A stretch of DNA of 64,000 nucleotides from an uncultured Planctomycetales bacterium. Its GTDB lineage: Bacteria; Omnitrophota; Gorgyraeia; Zapsychrales; Fredricksoniimonadaceae. Below the pieces are notes generated by a model. It was not told where the DNA came from and did no database searches. It saw only the letters and a program-made list of their open reading frames with translations. Within the stretch, counting starts at the first letter, position 1, and every line of letters starts with the position of its first letter. Positions 40,641 to 50,688 of the stretch are shown here, piece by piece. A program made the position numbers and the translations under genes. Where the stretch lies: assembly GCA_964520655.1 (NCBI GenBank), contig CAZFNI010000001.1, positions 3,067 through 67,066 on the forward strand, written 5' to 3'.

Positions 40641-42576
40641 GTTCACGGCGGCTGTATTCCGTTTGCTTCCTTACCGCATGGCACTCGCGATAGCCCATGT
40701 GTTTGGGAATCTTTGTTTTTATGTGCTGCCGAAAAAAAGACGCATCATTACCCGTAATTTGAAAATAGTTTTTGCCGCATTGAAGACCCCTCAAGAAATC
40801 AGGGCATTAACACGCGCTGTATTTATTTCCGTTACAAAATCTTTTGTTGATGTCATGTGTCTGCCCAAGATCAAGAAGGAGGGTTGGAAGAATTTTGTCC
40901 GTTTTGAGGGGGAGGAACATATTCAAGATGCGCTTGCCAAGCAGAAAGGGCTTATTCTTGTCGGGATCCATTCTGGCAGTTGGGAATTGGCCAGTTTGGT
41001 CGGGAGTACGCTGGGATATGCTTACAATGTTGTGGCCAATGAACAGCCGAAAGTGCCCCGGATCAACGATCTGTTGACTCAGTATCGGGCGGCAGCGGGC
41101 GCAAAGATCATCGCCCCTGGAACCGGAGTAACGCGCGACATCATTCGGGCTTTGCAGAATAATGAACTTGTTTCCCTGGTCCTCGATCAGGGGGGGAAAG
41201 AAGGTGTGATCACTGATCTTCTGGGCAGAACGGCATCCATGTCCACAGGAGCGCTGCGTTTAGCTCTCAAATTGAAGGCCCCAATATGTCCGGTGTGGAT
41301 CGAACGCCAGGCCGATGGTCTCAATAAACTGCGAGTGCTCAAAGCGTTGGATCTGAGAGATCTGGATGATTCTGCGGCGGGCCTGAAAGAGGCGCTGACA
41401 CGGGCGGTGAAGATCTTTGATGAATTGTTGAGGGCGCATCCGCAGGAGTATTTGTGGTCCTATAAAGTGTTTAAATATTCAAACCAGGCCGGTGTTCTGA
41501 TCATTGACGACGGAAAGACCGGACATTTGCGTCAGTCCGAGGCGGCGGCCGCTAAACTTTCTTCAGTGCTCAGGAAAAGAGGTTTTGCCGTAAGTCAGAA
41601 GTCGGTACGCATCGAATTCCAAAGCCGCTTTAAAGCTAGAATGTTCGCGCTGTATGTTTGGGTATTGTCTTTAAGCGGGCTTGATGCGGATGAAAGTGAT
41701 TTGTCATTTTTTTTGACCCCTGAGGCGAGTGAACGATTATTCAAAGAGCGGGCGGACTGGGTTATTTCCAGCGGTTCAGCGGCGGGGGGGATCAATTTCT
41801 TCCTTAAACGTTGTTTGGATATTCGCTCTGTCTGCATCCTAAAAGCAGGACTTGTTCCCTGGAGGCATTTTGACCTTGCCATCGCTCCTGAACATGACCA
41901 TAAAAACGACGTCAAGGGGGATCGGACCATTTATACCAAAGCGGCATTGAATGTGATCACGCCGGCGTATTTGAGAACACAGGAAGAACTGCTGCTGTCG
42001 CAATATTCCCATTTAAAGGGCAATGTCCGTTTTAAGATCGGTGTGCTATTGGGCGGTAATACGAAAGGGGTAGAGTTTGATGAAGTCCAGATACGCTTAC
42101 TTGTCAATAAGCTCAAAGAAGCCGCGGTTCACTATAATGCGGATATCCTGATCACCACCTCCAGGCGGACGCCGCCCGAGGTCGAGGGGGTTGTTCTTAA
42201 AGAATTGAAGAATTTTGAACGCACCGCGTTATGCGTCATCGCTAATTCCAATAATGCTCCATATGTCATGGGCGGGATCTTAAGTTTAAGCGACCTGGTG
42301 ATCGTCTCTGGTGAAAGTATTTCCATGGTCTCGGAGGCTTTGTCCTCAGGCAAGCGCACCATCGTGTTCAAACCCGTGGGGACGTATGACCAGAAAGAAG
42401 CTGCTGATAAATTTGACCGTTTTGTGATGGGCTTAAGCGACCAGGGATTTGTGTTGGCCTGTTCGATCAAAGAGGTTGCCAACGGGATCACGAAAATGAT
42501 GAGCAATAAGATCGTCCTAAAAACATTGCCGGATAATGCCTTGGTCGAAAAAGCGTTTGAGAATATGCTGTCATGA
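40591..42576 (+). CDS. Fusion: lipid A late acyltransferase (LpxL/HtrB family) N-terminal domain + ELM1/DUF1022-like C-terminal domain (661 aa)
   Basis: N-terminus LLPYRMALAIAHVFGNLCFYVLPKKRRIITRNL and HSGSWE (HxxxxE/D acyltransferase motif). C-terminal half starts VLIIDDGKTGHLRQSEAAAAKL, matching the bacterial ELM1-family N-terminal signature (xLSDGKAGHxNQSxG). Start could be 40591 or ATG 40678. Confidence 0.7.
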   Translation: MARMSSLKESCLLCVIKFTAAVFRLLPYRMALAIAHVFGNLCFYVLPKKRRIITRNLKIVFAALKTPQEIRALTRAVFISVTKSFVDVMCLPKIKKEGWKNFVRFEGEEHIQDALAKQKGLILVGIHSGSWELASLVGSTLGYAYNVVANEQPKVPRINDLLTQYRAAAGAKIIAPGTGVTRDIIRALQNNELVSLVLDQGGKEGVITDLLGRTASMSTGALRLALKLKAPICPVWIERQADGLNKLRVLKALDLRDLDDSAAGLKEALTRAVKIFDELLRAHPQEYLWSYKVFKYSNQAGVLIIDDGKTGHLRQSEAAAAKLSSVLRKRGFAVSQKSVRIEFQSRFKARMFALYVWVLSLSGLDADESDLSFFLTPEASERLFKERADWVISSGSAAGGINFFLKRCLDIRSVCILKAGLVPWRHFDLAIAPEHDHKNDVKGDRTIYTKAALNVITPAYLRTQEELLLSQYSHLKGNVRFKIGVLLGGNTKGVEFDEVQIRLLVNKLKEAAVHYNADILITTSRRTPPEVEGVVLKELKNFERTALCVIANSNNAPYVMGGILSLSDLVIVSGESISMVSEALSSGKRTIVFKPVGTYDQKEAADKFDRFVMGLSDQGFVLACSIKEVANGITKMMSNKIVLKTLPDNALVEKAFENMLS

Positions 42577-44660
42577 ACATACTGCAGATCCTCCCAGAAC
42601 TCAATGTAGGCGGGGTAGAGACCGGAACGGTTGATTTCGCCAAATACTTAATGGCAAACGGCCATAAGCCCGTCGTTGTTTCCAATGGAGGCGTTCTAGT
42701 TGAGGAATTAAACAAGATCGGCTGTACCCATTATGCGCTGCCCGTCCATAAGAAAAATATTTTTACGTTCCTGTCTTGTGTTAAGCAGCTTGTTCTGATC
42801 ATTCAGAAAGAAGATATCCAGATCGTCCACGCACGTTCCCGGGTTCCCGCCTGGGTCGCTTTTTTTGCCTGCCGTAAGACCAATGCGGCCTTAGTCACCA
42901 CTTGTCACGGGTATTATTCATCGCATTTTTTTAGCAGTCCGATGGGGTGGGGGAAGAGGGTCATCGCGATCTCCGAGGTGATCGGACGGCACATGGTCCA
43001 TGATTTCGGCGTTCCAGCAGACATTGTGAGGATCATCCCTCGCAGCGTTGACCTCTCCCGTTTTCAGATCAAGCGTGCGGATAAACCAGCCAATGCGCCT
43101 AAGGTCATTTCGATGATCGGCCGTCTCACGCCGCTTAAAGGTCATCCGTATTTTTTAAAAGCCATGTCGCTGGTTGTCCGTCATATGCCTAATGTCCGTA
43201 TCCAGATCATCGGGGATGCTCCTGTAAAAAAGAAAGCCTATAAAGATGAACTGGTGATGCTCACTAAGAGGCTGGGATTGTCCGCGCATGTGGAATTTCT
43301 AGGCAATCGCCGGGATATACCGCAATTACTGGCGCAAAGCGATTGTCTTGTGCTGTCGACGATCACCCAGGAGGCGTTTGGGAGGGTCATCCTTGAGGCG
43401 CAGGCCGCTGGTGTGCCTGTTGTGGCGACCAAGGTCGGAGGGGTTGTTGAGATCATTGACGATGGTCAGACAGGGCTGTTGGTGATGCCTAAAGACCCTG
43501 AAGGCATGGCCAAGGCTGTGGTCCGAATCCTCGGGGATCCGCAAATGGCGGCGCATCTAGTCGAGGGATCGCAAAAACGCATTGATGAACGATATACGAT
43601 CAAGCATATGGCTGATGCAACGCTGAATGTTTATCAGGAAGTCCTGGATGCCCGCAATATATTAGTCATTAAGCTGACAGCGCTGGGAGATGTGGTGCTG
43701 ATCACTGCCGCCCTAAAAGCGTTGCGCGAAAAGTTCCCAAATGCCCGTATCCACTGCCTGACATCGCCGGAAGGATCAAGTGTCCTACAACGCTGCCCGT
43801 ATATTAATAATGTGATCATTTTTGATCTTAAGCACAAGAATCTGAAATCGGAATGGGAGCTGGGTCGTGATCTTCGGCGTTACCGTTTTGATGAAGTGAT
43901 CGATCTGCAGAATAACCGTTTAAGCCACAGGCTGTGTTTTTTGAGTTTTGCCAAAATGACGCTGGGTTTTGATAACGGCAAGTTTTCACTGCTGTTGTCT
44001 AACCGTATCAAGAATGATGAGCCTTTGCTGCCACCTGTTGAGCATCAGTTCAAACTGCTTAGGCACATGGGCATTCCCTATGATAAACATGCACGGCTGG
44101 AATTATGGCCGTCGCCAAAAGATGAGGAATATGCGCAAAGTCTGTTGGATGGAGAGTGGCTGGGGAATGTGAAAGACATGGTGGGTATCAATGTGGCGGC
44201 CTCTGACCGCTGGCCCAGCAAAAATTGGCCGATCGATCATTTGGTGAAACTGTGCGACTTGCTAGCCTCTCGGAATATCCGTGTGTTCTTGACGGGGCAA
44301 GCTAAAGATAAAGCAGCAGCACGGGCGATCGTTGCTAAAGCGCGATCAAAACCTTCGGATATGACGGGGAAGACCAATATTATGCAGTTGGCCGCGCTGG
44401 TGGGGAGGGCCAAGGTGTATCTGAGTGCTGATTCGGCGCCGCTGCATGTGGCAGCGGCGATGAACGTGCCTGTGGTGGCTCTATTTGGGCCCACGGATCC
44501 CAAACGGCATATGCCGCCGATCGGCCGCGGGGTCGTGATGCGCCAACCTATGAAATGTTCTCCGTGCTACAGCGGGACGTGCAAGATCAGCACACACGCG
44601 TGCATGAAGCAGATCACGGCGGAAGATGTGCTGGCGAAGATCAAGGAATTAATGCGATGA
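42573..44660 (+). CDS. Fusion: GT4 (GT-B, RfaG-like) glycosyltransferase + GT9 (ADP-heptose:LPS heptosyltransferase-like) domain (695 aa)
   Basis: N-terminus MNILQILPELNVGGVETGTVDFAKYL and EAFGRVILEAQAAGVPVVATKVGG (GT4 E-x7-E region). C-terminal half ILVIKLTALGDVVLITAALKALREKFPNARIHCL (GT9 N-terminal signature). Confidence 0.75.
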   Translation: MNILQILPELNVGGVETGTVDFAKYLMANGHKPVVVSNGGVLVEELNKIGCTHYALPVHKKNIFTFLSCVKQLVLIIQKEDIQIVHARSRVPAWVAFFACRKTNAALVTTCHGYYSSHFFSSPMGWGKRVIAISEVIGRHMVHDFGVPADIVRIIPRSVDLSRFQIKRADKPANAPKVISMIGRLTPLKGHPYFLKAMSLVVRHMPNVRIQIIGDAPVKKKAYKDELVMLTKRLGLSAHVEFLGNRRDIPQLLAQSDCLVLSTITQEAFGRVILEAQAAGVPVVATKVGGVVEIIDDGQTGLLVMPKDPEGMAKAVVRILGDPQMAAHLVEGSQKRIDERYTIKHMADATLNVYQEVLDARNILVIKLTALGDVVLITAALKALREKFPNARIHCLTSPEGSSVLQRCPYINNVIIFDLKHKNLKSEWELGRDLRRYRFDEVIDLQNNRLSHRLCFLSFAKMTLGFDNGKFSLLLSNRIKNDEPLLPPVEHQFKLLRHMGIPYDKHARLELWPSPKDEEYAQSLLDGEWLGNVKDMVGINVAASDRWPSKNWPIDHLVKLCDLLASRNIRVFLTGQAKDKAAARAIVAKARSKPSDMTGKTNIMQLAALVGRAKVYLSADSAPLHVAAAMNVPVVALFGPTDPKRHMPPIGRGVVMRQPMKCSPCYSGTCKISTHACMKQITAEDVLAKIKELMR

Positions 44661-45754
44661 ACGTGGTGTTATTGACCAACCATTTTAATGCAGGCGGGAT
44701 CACGACCTATGTCCTGACGCTGGCGCGAGGCCTTAAAGCGGCTGGTGATAAAGTCTGGGTAGTTTCTTCCGGCGGGGATTGTGAAGGGATGCTTAAAGAA
44801 TGCGGCGTCGTCCATGTGACCATGGATCTAAAGACCAGTTCTGAGGGGAACCCAAAGTTATGGTTTGTCCTTCCCCAAATACTTCAGTTCGTTAAAGACA
44901 ATGATATTCAACTGATGCATGCGCAGACCAGGGTCACGGCGGTGTTAGCGGCAATTATATCAAGGCTCAAGGGTGTCCCGTACATGACCACATGTCACGG
45001 GTTCTTTAGGCCGAAACTTTTTCGTTTGATGTTCCCTTGCTGGGGGAAAAAGGTCATCGCTATCAGTGGTCCGTTTAAGGAACATTTGGAGCTCGGGTTC
45101 AATGTCCCTAATTATCGTATTGCCTTGATACCCAACGGCATCGACAGCGCGCGGTTCGCGACGCTTGATGATAAACAGCGCGGTATTATCCGGGAAGAAA
45201 AGCATATCACCGGTAATCCTGTCATCGGGATCATTGCGCGTTTATCGTCCGTTAAGGGGATCGATGTGCTGATCGCGGCCATGCCGGTGATATTAAAACA
45301 ATTCCCGAATGCCTGCCTCTGGATCGTTGGCCAAGGGGATCAGGAGACTTATCTTAAGGAATGTGTGATCAAACGTGATCTGAGCAGTAATGTGAAGTTC
45401 TTGCCGGCGGTCAATCAAACCGCAGCGCTTCTTCCGCTTTTGGATGTGTTTGTCATGCCGTCGCTATCGGAGGGCTTGGGCTTGTCAGTGATGGAGGCGC
45501 AGGCAAGCGGCGTGGTGGTCGTGGCGTCGCGCGTTGGCGGCTTGGTCGATCTGATCGAAGATGGTGTGACGGGATCACTGGTCCCTCCAAGCGACCATCA
45601 GGCATTGGCGGACAAGATCATAACGGTTATCAAGAATCCGAAGCAGGCCAAGGCTATGGCTGAAGCCGCGCGCAAAAGGATCAATTCATTATTCAGTGCT
45701 GACCGCATGGTCATGGAGACGCGCCTCTGTTATGAAGAATGTTCTAGTCGTTAA
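44657..45754 (+). CDS. GT4 family glycosyltransferase
   Basis: MNVVLLTNHFNAGGITTYVLTLARGL ... EGLGLSVMEAQASGVVVVASRVGG; ATG 44657 overlaps upstream stop (ATGA). Confidence 0.8.
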   Translation: MNVVLLTNHFNAGGITTYVLTLARGLKAAGDKVWVVSSGGDCEGMLKECGVVHVTMDLKTSSEGNPKLWFVLPQILQFVKDNDIQLMHAQTRVTAVLAAIISRLKGVPYMTTCHGFFRPKLFRLMFPCWGKKVIAISGPFKEHLELGFNVPNYRIALIPNGIDSARFATLDDKQRGIIREEKHITGNPVIGIIARLSSVKGIDVLIAAMPVILKQFPNACLWIVGQGDQETYLKECVIKRDLSSNVKFLPAVNQTAALLPLLDVFVMPSLSEGLGLSVMEAQASGVVVVASRVGGLVDLIEDGVTGSLVPPSDHQALADKIITVIKNPKQAKAMAEAARKRINSLFSADRMVMETRLCYEECSSR

Positions 45755-46703
45755 TGTCAACTGGCTGGGGGATGCGGTTTTTTCATTACCGGTCTTTGCC
45801 GGCATCCGTAGCGCTCATCCTGGCGCGCGCATCACCTGTTTGTGCGTCAGTCGCGTGGCTGAAGTTTTGCGCTATTGCAGCGATATTGACGAGATCATTG
45901 TGCTGGATGAGAAGGGGGTTCATTTTTGGCCCTGGCAGAAAGCGGCATTGATAGGATATTTAAGAACCAAAAGATTCGATACGGCATTTGTCTTGCACGC
46001 CTCGCTGTCAAGAGCCTTGATCGTCTGGCTTGCGGGGATCAAAAGTCGGATCGGGTTTAGTAAGTGGCCGTGGTTGATGTCGTGTCACGTCGACAATTCA
46101 TCCGAAGGGGCTCATCGGATGGATCACTATCTAAAGGTGGTAGAAGCAGCAGGCATTGTGGCTCGGTCGCGCAGTTATAGGTTAAATGCGCCCAAGGCTG
46201 AGCCGCCTGTGCCGGGGGAATATGTTGTATTAAATGTCGGGGGGAATTGGGACTTAAAACAATGGCCGCCGGCATGCTGGGCGGAGTTAGCGCGGCATTT
46301 AAGCGCGCTGCGGGTGAAGCTTGTATTTACCGGGTCCGACAAAGACAAAGATGTTGTTTCTTCGATCGTAGAAAAGAGCGGCGCTGCGGCGTTGAATTTA
46401 TGCGGCCAAACAACGTTGGGACAATCACTGTCCATATATGCGCACTCGCAGGCCGTGATCTCTGCGGATTCAGGTCCTTTGCATTTGGCCAACAGCGTTG
46501 GAGCGAATGTGATCGCATTGTTCGGTCCGACAAGGCAAGAGATAACTGGGCCAAGGGGGTATGGTCAGAAATGTATTTTATTCCATGAATGTGGTTGCAA
46601 TAAAGCGCCGTGTTACCATTTGGGATGCGCGGATAATGTGTGCATGAAAGGCATAAGCGTTAATGAAGTGCTGCAAGCTTACCAAAGACTCGCCGGTCAC
46701 TGA
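45732..46703 (+). CDS. GT9 family heptosyltransferase-like glycosyltransferase
   Basis: MKNVLVVNVNWLGDAVFSLPVFAGIRSAHPGARITCL; C-terminal GPTRQEITGP...C..C. Confidence 0.75.
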   Translation: MKNVLVVNVNWLGDAVFSLPVFAGIRSAHPGARITCLCVSRVAEVLRYCSDIDEIIVLDEKGVHFWPWQKAALIGYLRTKRFDTAFVLHASLSRALIVWLAGIKSRIGFSKWPWLMSCHVDNSSEGAHRMDHYLKVVEAAGIVARSRSYRLNAPKAEPPVPGEYVVLNVGGNWDLKQWPPACWAELARHLSALRVKLVFTGSDKDKDVVSSIVEKSGAAALNLCGQTTLGQSLSIYAHSQAVISADSGPLHLANSVGANVIALFGPTRQEITGPRGYGQKCILFHECGCNKAPCYHLGCADNVCMKGISVNEVLQAYQRLAGH

Positions 46704-47556
46704 GATCTTAGTGATATCGCTATCGAATATCGGGGATGTTGTCTTAACAGCTCCGGTGATCGATGTGCTACTGGATAGTTTCCCTCAAGCTCGGATCACC
46801 GTGGTCGTTGGGCCAAAAGCGGGGTCGTTGTTTTCTGGTCAGCCGAGGATCAGAACGATTGTTTTTGAGAAGCATCAGACATTTCGCTATAACGCGGCAT
46901 GGTATCGGGACCTAAATGCCAATAAGTTTGATGTGATCGTTGATCTGAGGCAGACACTTTTGCCGGTCTTGCTGTCGCATCATTGGAGGACGCCGCTATT
47001 GCCTTCAAGAGCCAATGGGCATATGCTGCAAAAGCATTTGGGACGGTTAAGCGCTGTTTTCCCAGGGGCGAAGCTAGATGCGCCCCGTTGTGCCATTGTT
47101 GTGAGTTCCTTAACACTTCCTTTTGAGGATTTTATTGTTATCGCCCCGGGTGCTGCGGATCAGGCTAAACGCTGGCCGATCGCGCGGTATCAGCAATTGC
47201 TGAATGCGCTGGTGCAGCAAGGCCGAAAGATCATCTTGGTCGGTGATGGGAGCGATGAGCGCCTGATCAAGGAACATCTGGTGTTCGCGCCTAAGGATGT
47301 TGTTTCTTTAGCCGGTCAGACGGATTTAAGGACGCTTGGCTTCGTACTTTTAAGGGCGGGATTTCTGATCGCCCATGACAGCGGCATCATGCATTTAGCA
47401 AATTATTTGGGAGTGCCGCAGGTTATTTTATGGGGACCTACAGATAAAGCCAAATACGGTCCCTGGGGGGCAGCAAACATTGTTGTGCATAAAGGCCGTG
47501 ATATGACACAAATCAGTGTGGAGGATGTGCTGGATGCTGTTAAACAAGTGCGCTAA
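46663..47556 (+). CDS. GT9 family heptosyltransferase-like glycosyltransferase (second)
   Basis: ILVISLSNIGDVVLTAPVIDVLLDSFPQARITVVV; start codon uncertain (ORF track 46663). Confidence 0.7.
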   Translation: MKCCKLTKDSPVTEILVISLSNIGDVVLTAPVIDVLLDSFPQARITVVVGPKAGSLFSGQPRIRTIVFEKHQTFRYNAAWYRDLNANKFDVIVDLRQTLLPVLLSHHWRTPLLPSRANGHMLQKHLGRLSAVFPGAKLDAPRCAIVVSSLTLPFEDFIVIAPGAADQAKRWPIARYQQLLNALVQQGRKIILVGDGSDERLIKEHLVFAPKDVVSLAGQTDLRTLGFVLLRAGFLIAHDSGIMHLANYLGVPQVILWGPTDKAKYGPWGAANIVVHKGRDMTQISVEDVLDAVKQVR

Positions 47557-48598
47557 GATCTTGATCATCCGGACGGACCGTATCGGCGATGTTGTGTTGA
47601 CAACCCCGGTTTTTAAAGCCCTGCGTCATGCGTATCCCCAGGCACAGATAGCGGTCATGGTGTCACCGGCGACAAAGGAGCTTGTCGATGGCAATCCCTA
47701 TATCAATGAAGTAATGATCGATGACCGCCTGGGGCGTCATAAAGGTATTATGGGGGCTCTATATTTAGCCAGGGATATCCGCAGCCGAGGTTTTGATGCC
47801 GTTCTGATATTCCACACCAAGCGCCGTTATAATTTGGCTTGTTATCTCGCGGGTATCCCGGTAAGAGTGGGGTACAAGAATGACAAGTGGGGCTGGCTGC
47901 TGACCAACCCACTGAAAGACAAGCGTCACACAGGGCAAAAACATGAGGTACGTTATTGTCTGGATGTGGCGCATGCTGTTGGTGTCGAGCATGCAGTTCC
48001 AGAGATCTTTATTCCCAGTCCCAAAGCGGCTGAATCGTGGGCCATGGAATTTTTTAATCGAGAGCATTTAACGGCGGGAAATGTGATCGCGATACACCCT
48101 GGGGCATCTGACCCGACGAAGATCTGGCCGGAAGGATCTTTTATTGAATTGATCAAGACGTTGAGGCAGCGTTATGCGTTTGATGTGCTGCTTATTGGAG
48201 GAAAAGAAACAGCAGCGATCACCTCCAGGATCAAGAATGCTTCTGGCGCCGGGGTGCATGATATAGCCGGGCAATGCAGTGTCGGACAAATGGCCTCTAT
48301 GCTCAGGCGCTGCCGATTGCTTATCTCCAATGATTCTGGGCCTGTCCATGTGGCCAGCGGTGTAGGGATCGATGTGATCAGTTTATTCCTGCGGGACCAG
48401 CCGGGGATCAACCCTGAGCGCTGGGCCCCGTTCGGCCCCAAGGGTTATATCCTGGCCAATAAGCCTCTTGAAAGCGTGAAAGTAGACGCGCGTTCCCGTA
48501 TGCAGTCAGGTAAGCTTGATTCCATCACTCCTGCGGATGTCATGGGGGTCGTCGAGCGTATTTTGTCCGGAGAGCATCAATCCGTATTTTATTGGTGA
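47516..48598 (+). CDS. GT9 family heptosyltransferase-like glycosyltransferase (third)
   Basis: ILIIRTDRIGDVVLTTPVFKALRHAYPQAQIAVMV and DSGPVHVASGVGIDVISLF. Confidence 0.75.
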   Translation: MWRMCWMLLNKCAKILIIRTDRIGDVVLTTPVFKALRHAYPQAQIAVMVSPATKELVDGNPYINEVMIDDRLGRHKGIMGALYLARDIRSRGFDAVLIFHTKRRYNLACYLAGIPVRVGYKNDKWGWLLTNPLKDKRHTGQKHEVRYCLDVAHAVGVEHAVPEIFIPSPKAAESWAMEFFNREHLTAGNVIAIHPGASDPTKIWPEGSFIELIKTLRQRYAFDVLLIGGKETAAITSRIKNASGAGVHDIAGQCSVGQMASMLRRCRLLISNDSGPVHVASGVGIDVISLFLRDQPGINPERWAPFGPKGYILANKPLESVKVDARSRMQSGKLDSITPADVMGVVERILSGEHQSVFYW

Positions 48599-48653
48599 TT
48601 TTAACGAAAACTTTGTTATACTTAATGGCGTTGTTCAATGAGGAAAGGAAGTT

Positions 48654-49337
48654 ATGAATATTGCGGATCAGGAATTATGGCGCACATTAGGGCTGTTGAT
48701 GCACGCGCATCCATGGCACGGGGTCAGTATCGGGGAAGATGCCCCGAAGCTCGTCAATACCTATATTGAGACTGTTCCGTCGGATACGGTCAAATACGAG
48801 ATCGATAAATTTAGCGGTTTCTTAAAAGTCAACCGACCTCAGAAGTATTCCAGCATTTGTCCGACACTCTATGGTTTTATCCCGCAAACCTATTGTTCGG
48901 AGAGCGTTGCCCAGTTGTCCAAGGAGAGGACGGGGCGTGCTTCTGTTACGGGGGACGGGGATCCTTTGGACATTTGCGTGTTAACAGAGAAGGTCATTAG
49001 TCATGGGAATATTCTGGTTCGAGCCATGCCGATCGGCGGTTTTCGCATGATCGATCAGGGGCAGGCGGATGATAAGATCATTGCGGTCATGCAGGGGGAC
49101 GGGTTATACAGCCAGTGGCAGAATATTGAAGATTGCCCTCGGGCGTTCATCGACCGTTTAAAACATTATTTTTTAACATATAAAGATTTGCCTGGATCAC
49201 AAGAGCGTATCTGCGAGATCACTCATGTGTACGGGCGCGAGGAAGCGTTGGAAGTCATTAAACGGTCTAGGGCTGATTACCAAAAACGTTTTGCCAAGAT
49301 CGAGGAGATAATGGCCGCCTCAACGCTGTCCGATTAA
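48654..49337 (+). CDS. ppa: Inorganic pyrophosphatase (family I), long form
   Basis: HPWHGV and DGDPLDICVL motifs; AAGGAAG RBS. Confidence 0.8.
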   Translation: MNIADQELWRTLGLLMHAHPWHGVSIGEDAPKLVNTYIETVPSDTVKYEIDKFSGFLKVNRPQKYSSICPTLYGFIPQTYCSESVAQLSKERTGRASVTGDGDPLDICVLTEKVISHGNILVRAMPIGGFRMIDQGQADDKIIAVMQGDGLYSQWQNIEDCPRAFIDRLKHYFLTYKDLPGSQERICEITHVYGREEALEVIKRSRADYQKRFAKIEEIMAASTLSD

Positions 49338-49357
49338 TTTGAAAGAACGATTGTTCA

Positions 49358-50245
49358 TTGTTTACCGTCCATACTGATCCTATTGAAGTGTTTTCCCTTC
49401 AAGGCTGGCGCCTGAAAAGCGGGCCCTTAAGCCTTGTCATTACGCCTACGCTTGGCGGACGTATCTTGTCTGTCCGTTTCGAAGGCAAAGAACTCCTGTA
49501 TATCCCCAAAGATGTTGCCGGTATGGTCATTGATCCGGCATCCATCGAAGACATTGCTGCTAAAAAGAAAGAATTGGGTTTCCGTGTGTTGGGCGGAGAT
49601 AAGACATGGGTTTCTCCCCAGTCCTCATGGACAGAAGGGATCCCTCCGCTGGAATTGGATGCGGGACCTTATGCGCTGTCCTGGATGGAACAGACTGCGG
49701 TCATGACATCTCCTGTATGCCGGGAGACTGGCCTGCAGATCGTCCGCAAGGTCAAGCTCGATGGGGCCGGCATCGTCCATTTGGAGGAAGAGTTCCATAA
49801 TACGACTGACCAGTCCATCTTAAAAGGTATTTGGAATGTGACACAGATCCCAAGACCCTGTGAGTTTTTCATCCCAGCCCGCAAAGGTTCGATCCGTTCC
49901 TATCATCATGAGGATAAAACATTGCCGGATGTCAAAGCAATCGTGAAAGAAGAGCATGGTTGGGCGGAAATATTCTGCCATCATCCCGTCTTGTTCAAAT
50001 ACGGCGGCATGCCGACAGAAGGGAAAGTGCTCATTAAAATGCCTTTGGGCGGTCCCAAAGAGGTTGTGTGGCTGAAAAATTTTGCGTTCGACGCTCAGGC
50101 GTCCTACGCGCACCAAAGCGCTGTCGAGGTCTTTAACGCGCAGAGCGCGGATTACGCAGAGATCGAGCTCCATGCGCCTTTAGTTGAGATCAAGCCGGGT
50201 GCTTCGGTGGCCTTTGCCCAGCAGTGGCATTTTAAGAAACTTTAG
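49358..50245 (+). CDS. Hypothetical protein (295 aa); start codon uncertain (TTG 49358 / GTG 49388)
   Basis: Long ORF with coding-like composition; no motif recognised. Confidence 0.45.
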   Translation: MFTVHTDPIEVFSLQGWRLKSGPLSLVITPTLGGRILSVRFEGKELLYIPKDVAGMVIDPASIEDIAAKKKELGFRVLGGDKTWVSPQSSWTEGIPPLELDAGPYALSWMEQTAVMTSPVCRETGLQIVRKVKLDGAGIVHLEEEFHNTTDQSILKGIWNVTQIPRPCEFFIPARKGSIRSYHHEDKTLPDVKAIVKEEHGWAEIFCHHPVLFKYGGMPTEGKVLIKMPLGGPKEVVWLKNFAFDAQASYAHQSAVEVFNAQSADYAEIELHAPLVEIKPGASVAFAQQWHFKKL

Positions 50246-50311
50246 TCTTGCTCAAGGCTTGGTGGCCAAGTACAATAAATAAAATCCCAACATTGAAGAG
50301 AGGGGCATTGT

Positions 50312-50686
50312 ATGTCCAAACAAGAGAAGAAAAAGATCTTAGTTGTCGATGACGATCCAGCCATTGTGAAATTAGTTAAAAGTATCCTGGAGGCGGAAGG
50401 TTTTGATGTGGATACGGCCAGCGACGGCATTGACGCTCTTGTGAAGGTCAAGGAAGTAAAACCGAGTTTGATCGTACTGGATATCATGATGCCGGAACTT
50501 AACGGGTATGACGTTTGCCATAAGATCAAATTCGATTCTCCTTATAAAGAGATCCCTATTCTATTGCTGACCTCCCGCGACCAGGAGATCGATTCCCGTA
50601 TCGGCCAGATGATGGGCATCCGGTATTTGCAGAAGCCGTTGAAGAGAGAAACATTCCTTGCTGAAATCAAGAACATCCTCAAGTAA
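50312..50686 (+). CDS. Single-domain response regulator receiver (CheY-like)
   Basis: KKILVVDDDPAIVKLV...LIVLDIMMPELNGYDV...QKP: acidic pocket, phospho-acceptor Asp and conserved Lys all present; GAGGGG RBS. Confidence 0.85.
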   Translation: MSKQEKKKILVVDDDPAIVKLVKSILEAEGFDVDTASDGIDALVKVKEVKPSLIVLDIMMPELNGYDVCHKIKFDSPYKEIPILLLTSRDQEIDSRIGQMMGIRYLQKPLKRETFLAEIKNILK

Positions 50687-50688
50687 GC

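Noticed and set aside
50246-50311. Small hairpin CTTGGtggCCAAG after the 49358 ORF as a terminator
   Set aside because: 5-bp stem followed by an A-rich, not U-rich, tract; not convincing as an intrinsic terminator
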